Notes: generated by a model from the letters alone, not told the origin. Counted from the first letter of the stretch, positions 40,101 to 53,512 are shown. The stretch is 64,000 nucleotides of DNA from Mytilus trossulus (GCF_036588685.1 NC_086375.1:52266001-52330000); one strand, 5' to 3'. A program made the numbers and translations.

Positions 40101-43100
40101 CTCCTTAAAGACCATATGTTGAGATGCCCTTTCTCCTTAAAGACCATATGTTGAGATGTCTTTCCTCCTTAAAGACCATATGTTGAGATGCCCTTTCTCC
40201 TTAAAGACCATATGTTGAGATGCCCTTTCTCCTTAAAGACCATATGTTGAGATGTCTTTCCTCCTTAAAGACCATATGTTGAGATGCCCTTTCTCCTTAA
40301 AGACCATATGTTGAGATGTCTTTCCTCCTTAAAGACCATATGTTGAGATGCCCTTAATCCTTAAAGACCGTATGTTGAGATGTCTTTCCTCCTTAAAGAC
40401 CATATGTTGAGATGTCTTTCCTCCTTAAAGACCATATGTTGAGATGCCCTTTCTCCTTAAAGACCATATGTTGAGATGTCTTTCCTCCTTAAAGACCATA
40501 TGTTGAGATGCCCTTTCTCCTTAAAGACCATATGTTGAGATGTCTTTTCTCCTTAAAGACCGTATGTTGAGATGTCTTTCCTCCTTAAAGACCATATGTT
40601 GAGATGTCTTTCCTCCTTAAAGACCATATGTTGAGATGCCCTTTCTCCTTAAAGACCATATGTTGAGATGTCTTTCATCCTTAAAGACCATATGTTGAGA
40701 TGCCCTTTCTCCTTAAAGACCATATGTTGAGATGTCTTTCCTCCTTAAAGACCATATGTTGAGATGCCCTTTCTCCTTAAAGACCATATGTTGAGATGTC
40801 TTTTCTCCTTAAAGACCGTATGTTGAGATGTCTTTCCTCCTTAAAGACCATATGTTGAGATGTCTTTCCTCCTTAAAGACCATATGTTGAGATGTCTTAC
40901 CTCCTTAAAGACCATATGTTGAGATGCCCTTTCTCCTTAAAGACCATATGTTGAGATGCCCTTTCAACTGAAAGACCATATGTTGAGATGTCTTTCCTCC
41001 TTAAAGACCATATGTTGAGATGCCCTTTCTCCTTAAAGACCATATGTTGAGATGTCTTTCCTCCTTAAAGACTATATGTTGAGATGCCCTTTCTCCTTAA
41101 AGACCATATGTTGAGATGTCTTTCCTCCTTAAAGACCATATGTTGAGATGCCCTTTCCTCCTTAAAGACCATATGTTGAGATGTCTTTCCTCCTTAAAGA
41201 CCATATGTTGAGATGCCCTTTCTCATTAAAGACCATATGTTGAGATGTCTTTCCTCCTTAAAGACCATATGTTGAGATCTCTTTCCTCCTTAAAGACCAT
41301 ATGTTGAGATGTCTTTCCTCCTTAAAGACCGTATGTTGAGATGCCCTTTCTCCCTAAATGAACGTATACTGAGATGCCTTTCCTCCTTAAAGACTGTAAA
41401 ATGGGATGCCCTTTCTCAATAAAGACCGTATGTTGAGAGGCCTTTCCTCCTTAAAGACCATATGTTGAGATGCCCTTTCTCCTTAAAGACCGTATGTTGA
41501 GATGTCTTTCCTCCTTAAAGACCATATGTTGAGATGCCCTTTCTCCTTAAAGACCATATGTTGAGATGTCCTTTCCTCCTTAAAGACCATATGTTGAGAT
41601 GTCTTTCCTCCTTAAAGACCATATGTTGAGATGCCCTTTCTCCTTAAAGACCATATGTTGAGATGTCTTTCCTCCTTAAAGACCATATGTTGAGATGTCT
41701 TTCCTCCTTAAAGACCATATGTTGAGATGCCCTTTCTCCTTAAAGACCATATGTTGAGATATCTTTCCTCCTTAAAGACCATATGTTGAGATGCCCTTTC
41801 TCCTTAAAGACCATATGTTGAGATGTCTTTCCTCCTTAAAGACCGTATGTTGAGATGTCTTTCCTCCTTAAAGACCATATGTTGAGATGCCCTTTCTCCT
41901 TAAAGACCATATGTTGAGATGCCCTTTCTCCTTAAAGACCATATGTTGAGATGTCTTTCCTCCTTAAAGACCATATGTTGAGATGCCCTTTCTCCTTAAA
42001 GACCATATGTTGAGATGTCTTTCCTCCTTAAAGACCATATGTTGAGATGCCCTTTCTCCTTAAAGACCATATGTTGAGATGTCTTTCCTCCTTAAAGACC
42101 GTATGTTGAGATGTCTTTTCTTCTTAAAGACCATATGTTGAGATGTCTTTCCTCCTTAAAGACCGTATGTTGAGATGTCTTTTCTTCTTAAAGACCATAT
42201 GTTGAGATGTCTCTCCTCCTTAAAGACCATATGTTGAGATGTCTTTCCTCCTTAAAGACCGTATGTTGAGATGCCCTTTCTCCTTAAAGACCGTATGTTG
42301 AGATGCCCTTTCTCCTTAAAGACCATATGTTGAGATGTCTTTCCTCCTTAAAGACCATATGTTGAGATGTCTTTCCTCCTTAAAGACCGTTTGTTGATAT
42401 GCCCTTTCTCATTAAAGACCGTAGTCTGAGATACCTTTCCTCCTTATAGACCGTATGCTGAGATGTGTATTGTAATTTGTTTTATATTCGTTAAGGTTTA
42501 TTTGTGTCTTTTAAGAAGCTGTCTCATATATCTTTTTGAAAATTTATGTTTTCTTATTTATTTCAAATATATAAAGTCGTACGATCTTAACTGTATTAAT
42601 ATGAAGTTGAGATTGTTTTCACCGATAAAGATCTTACTGTGCATTCTTTACTTTATTTTCCATAGTTATTACTTTATTGTACTATTGTGCGAGGTTTTCA
42701 ATTTTTTATATTGATCGCCATAGCTCCACAAAGAGCGTAGAAAAGAATTTGTAATATCTCGCACAAAAAGTACGATTAAAATTAGATATACTTCTATCAT
42801 TTTTGTTTTTCAAGTATGTATCAACAGATTGGTCCATTCATTGAAGATATAGCTTAAAGAAGAATAATTGCGTTCACAATTTATAAAAAGATTAAAAAAA
42901 TATATCTTTCTGAAGAATCATATTCGGAAAAAAATTCCTATGGATGAATAAAGTGTATTATATATAGTTTTAGCGCAGGCCCGTGTATAATGATGAATAC
43001 TTGTATAGTTATTTTGTATTCGCATTAAAATTTATATGTGAACAACTTCTTTTCTCTTATAATACTACAAATAAGCAGATGACCCGATTGTAATTTTCAT

Positions 43101-44124
43101 TCATGACTTCCTTATACGTTATTTAAAATGTATCTCGTGCTGTTGGTATTGATAAGGGGTTTTGTCTGATGATTGGTCTGTTTCTGTGTGTGTTGCGTTT
43201 CGGTGTTGTGTCGTTGTTCTCCTCTTATATTTAATGCGTTTCGCTCGGTTTTGGTTTGTTACCCCGATTTTATTTTTTGTCCATGGATTTATGAGTTTTG
43301 AACAGCGGTATACTACTGTTGCCTTTATTTACATGGTCAATTATCAGTTACTGTTAATTAATTACTTGTCTTTAGTTTTCTATGTTGTGTCTTGTGTACT
43401 ATTATTTGACTGGTTTTATTTTGAATTTGTAGCCATGGCGTTGTCAGTTAATTTTCAATCTATGAGTTTGACTCTCCCTCTGGTATCTTTTCGACCCCAT
43501 TGGAGACGAAATCTTAAAAGGCGAAATCGCATACTTCAAATTGTCTAACACACTATGTGTATAGTATATGAATTTATAATATGTATGTTGTCAAAGTAAC
43601 GTGATGGTAACCAAAAGATTGATCTTCGTTATTTGAGTATCACAAATATAGCCTAAAGTATAAAAAAAGGATACAGACACAAGTTTTTGAACACAACAAG
43701 TGATATCTGTTTTCTTCGATTTTTTAAATGAAATTATTTCCTTGAAAAAGGAGGGAAGGAGTCATATTTTTGTATTGTGTCGTGTAATGTAACTACGTTA
43801 CAAAAATGTTTTCTGTTTAATATCTTATTACCACTCACATAAGTAATATAACACATTTATTTATTAGCTATGTCGTTTCTCATTATAACTTTTCATTTCA
43901 CGCTACGGAGTTTTGACTTTAAATATTAAAATATGTAAATAATATGCAACACATTTTACTGTAGTTGGTCATATGTAGATGATAGTAAATTTTAACTGCT
44001 ATTAAATTAGTCATAAACATAATTTTACTTCTACCTTAAAATTTACACTCAAATGAGTATATATCAAGTTTTTCTATACATAAAATTTAAGAAAAAAGGT
44101 TTTACAGGGAAATATCGTATCATA

Positions 44125-44346
44125 CGGATGCCACTTGTGGAGCAGGATCTGCTCACCCTTCCGGAGCACCTGAGATCACCCCTAGTTTTTGATGGGGTTC
44201 GTGTTGTTTATTCTTTGGTTTTCTATGTTGTGTCATGTGTACTATTGTTTGTCTGTTTGTCCTTTTCATTTTTAGACATGGGGTTGTCAGTTTGTTTTAG
44301 ATATATGAGTTTGACTGTCCCTTTGGTATCTTTCGTCCCTCTTTTA
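44125..44346 (+). mobile_element. Shorter copy of the same retroelement 3' tail
   Basis: ggatgccacttgtggagcaggatctgctcacccttccggagcacctgagatcacccctag...ctttcgtccctctttta aligns with 53043-53263. Confidence 0.7.
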
Positions 44347-44849
44347 TCCTATGCCTCTGTTATAATTCACGTTGTCATTGCTGTTATTTTCACATTAGAG
44401 TGTTTGTGATCGTCGTGGTGTACTAGTAAGTCAATGAAGGAACTATAAACCAAGACATTTAGCTCTAAGAAAATTGGCAGGAAAAACCCCGAAGTCGAAA
44501 AAGGAAAAATAATACCAGTCCCAACAAGGAGAAAATCAGAAGAAATAACCAACCAGATTTCACGGAATGCCGCTCAGAAAATGAGAAATCTACCATGATT
44601 TCCGTGAAGGTAGATTGAGGTAGAACGTATCTTCATGTGTGCATGAGTCACGTATGTCATCAGAATGAACAAAGTTCACCTTCGATTGATTTGGTAAATT
44701 TGTTAAGTCCTATTTGGTAATAAAGCTGCAAAATTGTTTATGTCTTGTACATTTGTGATAAATAGTTTTGTTTGAGCGTAACTGATAACGAAAATGCATT
44801 TTATTCTTAAAATGGGTTGTACCAAGTCAGAAAAATTAAAGTTGTTATC

Positions 44850-45192
44850 TTATATAGATATAGGAAGATGTGGTGTGAGTGCCAATGAGACAACTCTCCA
44901 TCTAAATAACTATTTAAAAAGTAAACCATTATAAGTTGAAGTTCGGACTTCAACATGTAGCCTTGGCTCACACCGAACAACAAGCTATAAAGGGCCCAAA
45001 AATTACTAGTGTAAAACCATTCAAACGGGAAAACCAACGGTCTAATCTATATAAACAAAACGAGAAACGAGAAACACGTATATATTACATAAACAAACGA
45101 CAACTACTGTACATCAGATTCCTGACTTAGGACAGGTGCAAACATTTGCAGCGGGATTAAACGTTTTAATGGATCCAAACCTTCTCCCTTTT
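44850..45192 (+). mobile_element. Unclassified interspersed repeat (gatgtggtgtgagtgccaatgagacaactc family)
   Basis: Near-full reverse-complement copy at 9735-10066; partial copies at ~14250-14460, 22615-22830, 26915-27440. Confidence 0.7.
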
Positions 45193-45910
45193 CTTTTTTT
45201 ATAGTTCGTTTCTGAATGTGTTACACTGTTGTTTAATTTATGTTGCACTTAGTGTTTCTGCTGTTTTATTTGTTTTCCCCTAATAGGTGTTGTGTTTCCC
45301 TCGATTTAAGTTTGTAATCCAGATTTGTTTTTATCGCAATAGATTGATGACTTTCAAACACCGGTATACTACTGTTGTTTTTATTTCGGACACCAACACA
45401 GAACAAAGTGATATTTTTTATTTTGTATCACGCAAGCAATGATGATAACAACAAACACAATGGAACATATATCTTCATTATAAATTTGTGTATAAATACT
45501 ATAATAAGAAAAACACAAAGTTTATAATATTCCCCTATTAAAGATGTACTTGAAGAAACAAAAGTGCATTTCAAGTGATTGTGGCACTAAAAGACGCCGA
45601 TTTATTCACTGCTAAAAGAATTGTTACATCTTTTGTTAATCGGCTGTCATTATGAATAGAGTATCATAGAATTTTTATTTCGGCAAGTTTTTGTTGATGG
45701 ATAGAAACATAGACATTCGGGAGCAAATTCCCTACATTCTTCGATGATCAGCTAACATGTGCATGAACTCAAAAGTTACATTCTAATTCGAATAATAGCT
45801 TTAATAAAAGTTATAAATACAACATTTAATACGACCACCAGATCTGCGGTATTCAATTATTTATCGTCTAAAGCGCGATAACAAAAACAAAATAGGGAAT
45901 ATTTTTTTGA

Positions 45911-47010
45911 CACAGAGTTACTACTCTTGGATAATATTTTATAATAGCAACATACGGGTTATATGGTACCACGAAATTCATATACAAGTTATGTCAAATT
46001 CATATAATAACTTATGATAAATAAAATAAAAATAATGAAATTAACATGAATAACAGTGGCTTCGTTTCTGTATCCCGTAATATATGTTTCATGCTATATG
46101 GTATGAAAACATACAAATTGCTTCCCTATATTTATAAGCACCATCTCCATTACGGGTTCCAAATGTCGGTATACACTATTTATACCGCTTTCCAAGAAAC
46201 GTCAATTATTACGATTGGAAAACAGTCAGGTATAATACACATTGTCTATAGGTATCATAATAAGAGTTCATTAGCTTTTGATTTACAAATATTTTGACTT
46301 AAACATCACTAAAATGTTCTTTATTTTCTAAATGCACATTTGATGTATAAAAAAATGGTTCCATCTATGGTCTTGATTAAGAATGAATTCTTCTTTCTTA
46401 AATCCTGAATTATAAATGATTTTAAATCGTATAAATAAAGGCAACAGTAGTATACCGCTGTTCAAAACTCATAAATCCATGGCCAAAAAACACAGAGTTA
46501 CTACTCTTGGAAAATGTTTTATAATAGCAACATACCGGTTATATGGTACCACGAAATTCATATACCAGTTATGTTAAATTCATATAATAACTTATGATAA
46601 ATAAAATTAAAATAATGAAATCAACATGAATAACAGTGGCTTCGTTTCTGTATCCCGTAACATATGTTTCAGGTTATATGATATAAAAACATTTACATTG
46701 CTTCCCTATATTTATAAGCACCATCTCCATTACGGGTTCCAAATGTCGGTATACACTATTTATACCGCTTTCTAAGAAACGTCAATTATTACGATTGGAA
46801 AACAGCAGGTATAATACACATTGTCTATAGGTTTCATAATAAGAGTTAATTAGCTTTTGATTTACAAATATTTTGACTTAAAAATCACTAGAGAGTTATT
46901 TATTTTTTAAATGCGCATCTGATGCACAAAAATTGGTTCCATCTATGGTCTTGATTAAGAATGAATTCTTCTTTCTTAAATCCCGAATTATAAATGATTT
47001 TAAATCGTAT
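45911..47010. repeat. Direct duplication of ~520 bp separated by a ~60-bp interspersed-repeat terminus
   Basis: 45911-46432 and 46491-47010 both start cacagagttactactcttgg and end taaatcgtat. Confidence 0.9.
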
Positions 47011-47380
47011 CATTGCAAATGTTGTATAAAAGCAACTCATTCACGCGGCTGGCGTATACTAAATTTAGTCCTGGTATCTATGATGAGTTTATTTAGATAT
47101 GTTGACTACTTATTTGAACGTTACATACTTCAGATAATGTATCAATGGTATACAAGTATATGAACAGTAAACGAATTTATTATCATATTGTAGTATCGTG
47201 ATACATATACATGTCCCTGGACGTTAAGTAAAAGACAATTATCAATAACTCCTGATTTTAGTTTTATTTACGAATATTAGTACAAGCATTAATTATAATG
47301 ATATTTGTTTGTCAATGCGTATAATTTTTGCAACGTTTCATTCAAATATTTTTGAAAACAGTAAAGTATTAACCAACTAT

Positions 47381-48010
47381 AAAATTTAGAATGGAAATGG
47401 GGAATGTGTCAAAGAGACAACAACCCGACCATAGAAAAAAAACAAAAGCAGAAGGTCACCAACAGGTCTTCAATGTAGCGAGAAATTCCCGCACCCGGAG
47501 TCGTCCTTCAGCTGGCCCCTAAACAAATATATACTAGTTCAGTGATAATGAACGCCATGCTAATTTCCAAATTGTACACAAGAAACTAAAATTAAAATAA
47601 TTACAAGACTAACAAAGGCCAGAGACTCCTGACTTGGGACAGGCGCAAAAATGTGGCGGGGTTAAACATGATTGTGAGATCTCAATCCTCCCCCTATACC
47701 TCTAGCCAATGTAGAAAAGTAAACGAATAACAATACATACATTAAAATTCAGTTCAAAAGAAGTCCGAGTCTGATGTCAGAAGATGAAACCAAAGAAAAT
47801 AAACAAAATGACAATAATACATAAATAACAACAGACTACTAGCAGTTAACTGACATGCCAGCTCCAGACTTCAATTAAACTGACTGAAAGATTATGATTT
47901 CATCATATGTACATCAGGCACAATCCTTCCCGTTAGGGATTTAGTATCATACCATCATAACATATATGAGAAGAACATAACCCGTGTCATGACAACAACT
48001 GTTTTTTGAA
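47381..48010 (+). mobile_element. Unclassified interspersed repeat (aatggaaatggggaatgtgtcaaagagacaacaacccgacc family)
   Basis: First ~260 bp match 17461-17920, where the 5' part is tandemly duplicated. Reverse fragments at ~11865-11925 and ~21755-21810. Confidence 0.7.
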
Positions 48011-48644
48011 TAAATGTTTTTTATACTATGCATTCGTCAGAACTACAGAAATAGAAAACACATTAAATGCCTAAATCCGATGAAAACGTGTTTTCACGAA
48101 GAATATTTTAAATAAACTCATTTCATAATTACTCACACTGACAATAACATCCAGCATGGTTTAGTGTACTTTTAAATTTATTGTTGACACAATAACCATT
48201 GATTCTACATAAATTGTACTGTACATTTTATTACTGGAAATAAACCTTAAATGATGACTAACAATGTAATTGTCCAATAGTCTTTAACTTTAAAACAAAA
48301 CCAAATTGAAATATAATGGAAGTTTTGTGTGTTTGTTTTAAGCTTACAGTCGATATAAATAATAGAAAATACAAAAACAATATTTTTGCTACTATCCTGT
48401 TGCAGTTCAAACAAAACCAACAAATCTATGGTAAATTTTTATTTTGCTGACACTACAACGGTATTGTTAAAATGAAATTTGAAGGTCTAAGTTACCCTGG
48501 TCATTCGACAAAGGATACAACAGATCCATTTAAGTGTGTCTTATGCCTTGACTCATACATAAAAATTGAAAATAAAGGTCAGCTGAAAATATTACTTTAC
48601 TAACTGTGAACTTTCAATTTCGGCATGTATGTAATGACGTTGAG

Positions 48645-48850
48645 ACGCTTGCATAAGGAGTTTATAATAACAAGTTATAAGATGTTCCATAACTTTGTTT
48701 TCGTGTCATAATTTCCTTGGTAGAGAGTGTTGCTTACCGGGTAGCTTCTACATCAAGAGTTCACAGGGACAAAACTTAAATAATATTTTCTAAAATTTTA
48801 CAGTCGAAATCAACGACTGGTTGACTGTTATAGAATATATGTTTTGAAGA
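48645..48850 (+). pseudogene. Highly decayed retroelement ORF C-terminus related to the KFYGRHH element
   Basis: Reads ...LLTG*LLHQEFTGTKLK*YFLKFYSRNQRLVDCYRIYV, which aligns with LKSSLRKFYGRHHELVDRYGITV at 52855. Confidence 0.5.
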
Positions 48851-50418
48851 AGACGAATTAAATGTTCCAATACCGTCCTCTTTTTATATACTTTCCGAAA
48901 AGTCACTTTTTGTACATACCTGAGAAATACTACAGATGCCACATCCGGAGAAAGATCTTTCTATGTTGTGTTTGTTTGCTGAAATTTGTCTTTTGATCAT
49001 GTTTTGGTTTTGACAAGTTATTGCCAGTTCGTTTTTGATTTGTGATTATGCCTTTGATTATTTTCGCTTTTCGTTCAGAGAAATGGAGCAATATTATCCT
49101 GATTGATTTAAAATTTAGGTGTACCATTACCATCGCAGAAAGAATTCCATCAGTTCAGAAAACAAAAGGTTATATGAATATGCAACCATCTTTGACCTGG
49201 ACCGACACACAGAGCAAGTTAGTTTATAGTTTTTTTTTATTCAAGATGTCTGCCCAATCTTTTGTGTGTATTCTTGTTAATAAAGGCAATGAAATAGATC
49301 AAGATCGTGTCAGTAGGATATATGTATTTTAAAAGACATGTATATATGTTTGTAAAAGTCGTACACCATTTAAATCATACATGTATATACTACATTTGGG
49401 GTATCGACTAAAACAGAGAGATTTTATATGCAGAAAGAGAGTGTCAATGTTCAACTTATTACCCACTCTATAGCCCTTACAATTTAATTATTAATCCGTT
49501 TTGTACTTTGCTTATCGTACACATGTCCTGATTATTTCTGTATTAATCTTTTAAAAGAAGGAAACAGTTGGAACCTACGATAGATGACATGATGTCAAAG
49601 CAGTTTGAATACAATCTTCATTTTTTTTATTGTACCCTACAACTTGACAATATCAGCGTTGTTGTTTATCATAACTCTTCATCGTATTCATTATGTCTTA
49701 CTTACTGGTCTGATTTCAAAGCCATGGATGTATCTCATGAAGACGCATTGCACGTCTGGTATATCAATGTTTCGCCTTCTTTGTTTGACGAGTTTCAATG
49801 CTAGAATTGTGAAACCAAACTAAGGCTAGAAATAAAAAAGAAACCTGATCGAAACAAAATGGATGATTTGGTAATATGCTGACTCATCATCTTGCTGTAC
49901 TACCAATTGTGAAAAGGTGTGTTAGGAACTTTTGCAGGCCTGAACCGTATGTTATTTGAGTATACCAAAATTTTTAGGGTCCAAGTGGTAATTTTGAAGA
50001 AGGTGATAAAAACATTGTGTTTCTTTTTATCTCAATTTCCAACAAGGAGCAGGATCTGAACACACAACTTCAGAGATGAAAGACGAGTGATCACTGTAAA
50101 TACTAATACATACACTATTCGACCGAACAAAACGTAGAAGATGGACGAGATAGCGAACGGTTTATGGAGAAATATGGACACATTTGAAGACTAAATTCAA
50201 TAAAAACTCATCAAAGACACCAGGCATTGCGGTCATAAAACTTTCCTCAGTATTTGGAGTACAAGATATGTTCTCCAAATTCAAATTCACGGTAATTGTG
50301 TACTCCACATTTCATGCGGTCATAAAACTTTGAAGTACGATAATCGTGCTTAAGACTGCTAAGTTTAATAAAAAAAAAAAGAGAGTTGCAAGCACCTATC
50401 TCAAATCTTTTGTAATTG

Positions 50419-50460
50419 CGCCAGACGCGCGTTTCGTCTACAAAAGACTCATCAGTGACG
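50419..50460 (-). ncRNA. Minimal type I hammerhead ribozyme, family A, intact
   Basis: cgtca-CTGATGA-gtct(tttgt)agac-GAAAC-gcgc-GTC-tggcg: stem I cgtca/tggcg, stem II gtct/agac, palindromic stem III ACGCGCGT, GUC cleavage triplet. Confidence 0.88.
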
Positions 50461-50494
50461 CTCGAATAAAAAAAATTAAAAGAATAAAGAACAC

Positions 50495-51262
50495 ACTTGT
50501 ATATCTCCCTCATGCAAAGCCCTGATTCCTTTCACGGATTTGGCTATACTTTTTGAACCTTTTAGATTATAGCTTATATTTTATACAAGCTTTGGATTTT
50601 AAATATTTTAGCCACGAGCATCACCGAAGAGACTTGCATTGTCGGAATGCGTATCTGGTGAAAGAAAATTGGCCCGTTAATGTGATTACTATCACTGGGT
50701 TGATGCCTCTGCTGGTGGACTGTTATTCCCCGAGGGTATCACACGCCCAGTAGCCAGTACTTCTGTACTGGTATGAAAATAAGGATTTTTTTTGTGTTAT
50801 TTACATTTGCTGTTACCAAATGTTAGAAATTATTATGAATTAAGGAATATGTCTCCCTCATGCAAAGCTCTTATTCCTTTCACGGATTTGGCTATACTTT
50901 TTTGACCTTTTGGATTATAGCTGTTCATCTTTTATATAAACTTTGGATTTCAAATATTTTTGCCATGAGCATTAATAAAGAGACATTTATTGTCGAAATG
51001 CGCATCTGGTTCAGGATAATTGGTACCGTTAATGTTATAACTACCACTGGGTCGATGCCTCTGCTGGTGGACTGTTATTCCCCGAGGGTATCACCATCCC
51101 AGTTACCACTAATGCCGTACTGGCATAAAAATACGAGTTTTTATGTTATTTAAATTTGCTGTTACCAAATGTTAGAAATTATTATAGATTAAGGAATGTA
51201 CCTCCCTAATGCAAAGCTATGATTCCTTTCACAGATTTGGCTATACTTTTTGGACTTTTTGG
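50495..51262 (+). mobile_element. Retrozyme family B, ~2.2 tandem ~350-bp monomers with decayed hammerhead cores
   Basis: Repeating catgcaaagc...cacggatttggctatact blocks at ~50511, 50859, 51208. Cores at ~50620 (CCGAAGA...GGAAT) and ~50970 (ATAAAGA) are mutated. Confidence 0.8.
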
Positions 51263-52670
51263 TACTGACTTCTGGGCTGGGGATACCATAGGAAAATAAA
51301 TACACCACCAGCAGTGGTTGAAAATAAACTCATCATAAATACCAGGATTGAAATTTTAAATTAACTCACATTTATCTTTTCAAACTAATTATAACTATTC
51401 GTAATGTGAATGTGAAACAGCTGACTGTCCATAAAATTGACACATACACAAAACATTTTACGGTTCTTAAGGAAGCGAGGACGAGGTATGTATACTTCTA
51501 CATCCAATTAACAAACCACAGGGAACTCTTTTTTGTCTGCTCAATTTTTGAGAATTGGTCTGAATCGAAGAATTTTACTCTTGATTCAAAAGATTTTTTT
51601 TAACATTTATATTCATCTGTTTTGTGAAAACACAGGCCTTGACATATTTTCACAAAGGATTGCTTTCGATATGATCAATGTTCCAACAGTTTTTATGATA
51701 ACCTCTACGGATAAACAACTTGTCTAAAATCCTCTTGACTCGACCCAATTGAGACCTTGCGTTATCGTATAGAGAAATATCTTTTGTTGAAAGCCTTGCC
51801 CTAACCTCATGTATCTCAAAGTTGATGCGGTTTTCTAAGAACTTTTTTTTTTTTATCATAATAGAATGCTCCTGATTATCATGAGACTATGGAAACGATT
51901 ATGATGTACCCACTCTCCTCCTCTCGGTGCATCTATTATATTGATGAATTGTTTGTCCTACCGCTTTGCGTAAAATGATCGTAGTGAGAACATCAAATTA
52001 TTCAGGAAGACCTCTGGTTTTGAAGTGTCTTTGTAGATCTAGAGAGCTACAACATCTGAATGGTAAATGTCATTGATTAGAATGATTGTTGGAAACGTTG
52101 TGTAACAGGCCTCACCAAGGACCTTAAAAAAAAATCAATAAGAAGAATTTATATCTCATACATGTGTATATAGACTAATGTTTTTCGTCATGACTACAAC
52201 TAAGTCATTGTGCTTATTAAAGGATCTAACAGATTGCAGGATAAATCCTTAGTATTCAATTTTGAAATATAAGATCATGGTACCACATTTTAGTCTTTTC
52301 TGACAATTTGGAGGGTTCAGATGTCAATACTTTTTGTTTGTGATATAATATGATTAATTTGTTTTGTATAAAACGACACGTAACATCCACGTATTCCAAC
52401 ATCAATCCGAATTCCGATAGCAAGCAATCTAGTTCAGAAGACTCCGTATACATATTATAAGTACTTTACTGTAATTATACTACAAAATATTGATAAAATA
52501 CTAATGCTGCTAGTATTACTAGACTTGCAATTGCTTAACATCAATCCGACACATATATATAGTGTTTCGGCGGTTTTTGTATTATAATTACATTATAATT
52601 ATTGTATAACATTTATGAAAGGATTTAAGCATTTTAGGCCCGCCATCATCAGGGATTTACCTTTATCAAT

Positions 52671-53512
52671 TTATTCTAATTTTGTCGTTGTCAATAGATC
52701 TGCTATATTTTTAGGCTTTTTATATGCTATTATTGGTTTGCTCGAAAATATTTCGTTTCAAACTGCATCCTGTTTTAATAGATCCCAATGTTTACTAATG
52801 CATTGTTTTAATTTATGAATGCATGGATTATATTTCGTTCTCAATACTTAATTGAAGTTGAAATCATCCCTTCGTAAATTTTATGGACGCCATCACGAGT
52901 TGGTTGACCGTTATGGAATAACCGTTTCAAAAATGATATCGGATATGTTCCTTACGTCGTAACTACAATCCCCTTCCCTTTCATGAATGTGACCTACCGA
53001 ATTAGACTATTTACCGGATTTGTTATCACATAAGCAACACGACGGATGCCTCATGTGGAACAGGATCTGCTTATCATTCCGGAGCACCTGAGATCAACCC
53101 TAGTTTTTGGTGTTGTTCGTGTTGTTTATTCTACAGTTTTTTATATTGTGTCATGTGTAATATTATTTGTCTTTTTGTCTTTTTCATTTTTAGCCATGGC
53201 GTTGTCAGTTTGTTTTAAATTTATGAGTTTGGCTGTCCCTCTGGTATCTTTTGACCCTCTTTTAAGGAATTTCCTTCGTGTTTAGTTTGGCATTTTTCTG
53301 ATTAAATCAGGTCTATTACATGATAGTGCCTCAGTTATGTACTTCTCGGTTTCAATCTCCTTATATCCTCTCTTTATAAATTTCATTCTGAACTGTTACA
53401 AAATATATTGTAAATTAACATCATTATTTGTTGTTTTTATGTATCTGATTACTTCGTCCTTGATAAACTCTGCAAACACATGTCTACTGTGACAGCTCTT
53501 ACGATTTAAATT
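52671..53512 (-). pseudogene. Decayed Penelope-like retroelement ORF, post-RT C-terminal region, split by a nested insertion
   Basis: Translates LNRKSCHSRHVFAEFIKDEVIRYIKTTNN...*QFRMKFIKRGYKE...EIP / VLRTKYNPCIHKLKQCISKHWDLLKQDAV*NEIFSSKPIIAYKKPKNIADLLTTTKLE*. The S.H...R....RGY and Y.P...HW..L....F...P..AY...N..D.L motifs are typical of Penelope-like elements (recognised from memory). Confidence 0.72.
52852..53261 (+). mobile_element. 3' end of a second retroelement (probably Penelope-like), flanked by TTAA on both sides
   Basis: Begins with coding remnant LKLKSSLRKFYGRHHELVDRYGITVSKM, then a tail shared with 44125-44346 and 43365-43500. TTAA at 52848-52851 and 53262-53265. Confidence 0.72.

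Larger units (their letters stand above)
36142..42465. repeat. 32-bp tandem satellite, ~185 units, two dominant variants
   Basis: Unit ttaaagacc(a/g)tatgttgagat followed by gtctttcctcc or gccctttctcc. Degenerate at the left edge, homogeneous from ~37450 to 42400, interrupted at ~36350-36395 and 36766-37110. Confidence 0.97.

Noticed and set aside
36142-42465. 32-bp array as a CRISPR locus
   Set aside because: Units are contiguous with no unique spacers, there are no cas genes, and the context is eukaryotic.
43162-44409. 128-aa and 118-aa hydrophobic ORFs (also 53046-53285)
   Set aside because: They lie in T-rich interspersed repeat tails present several times in the window.
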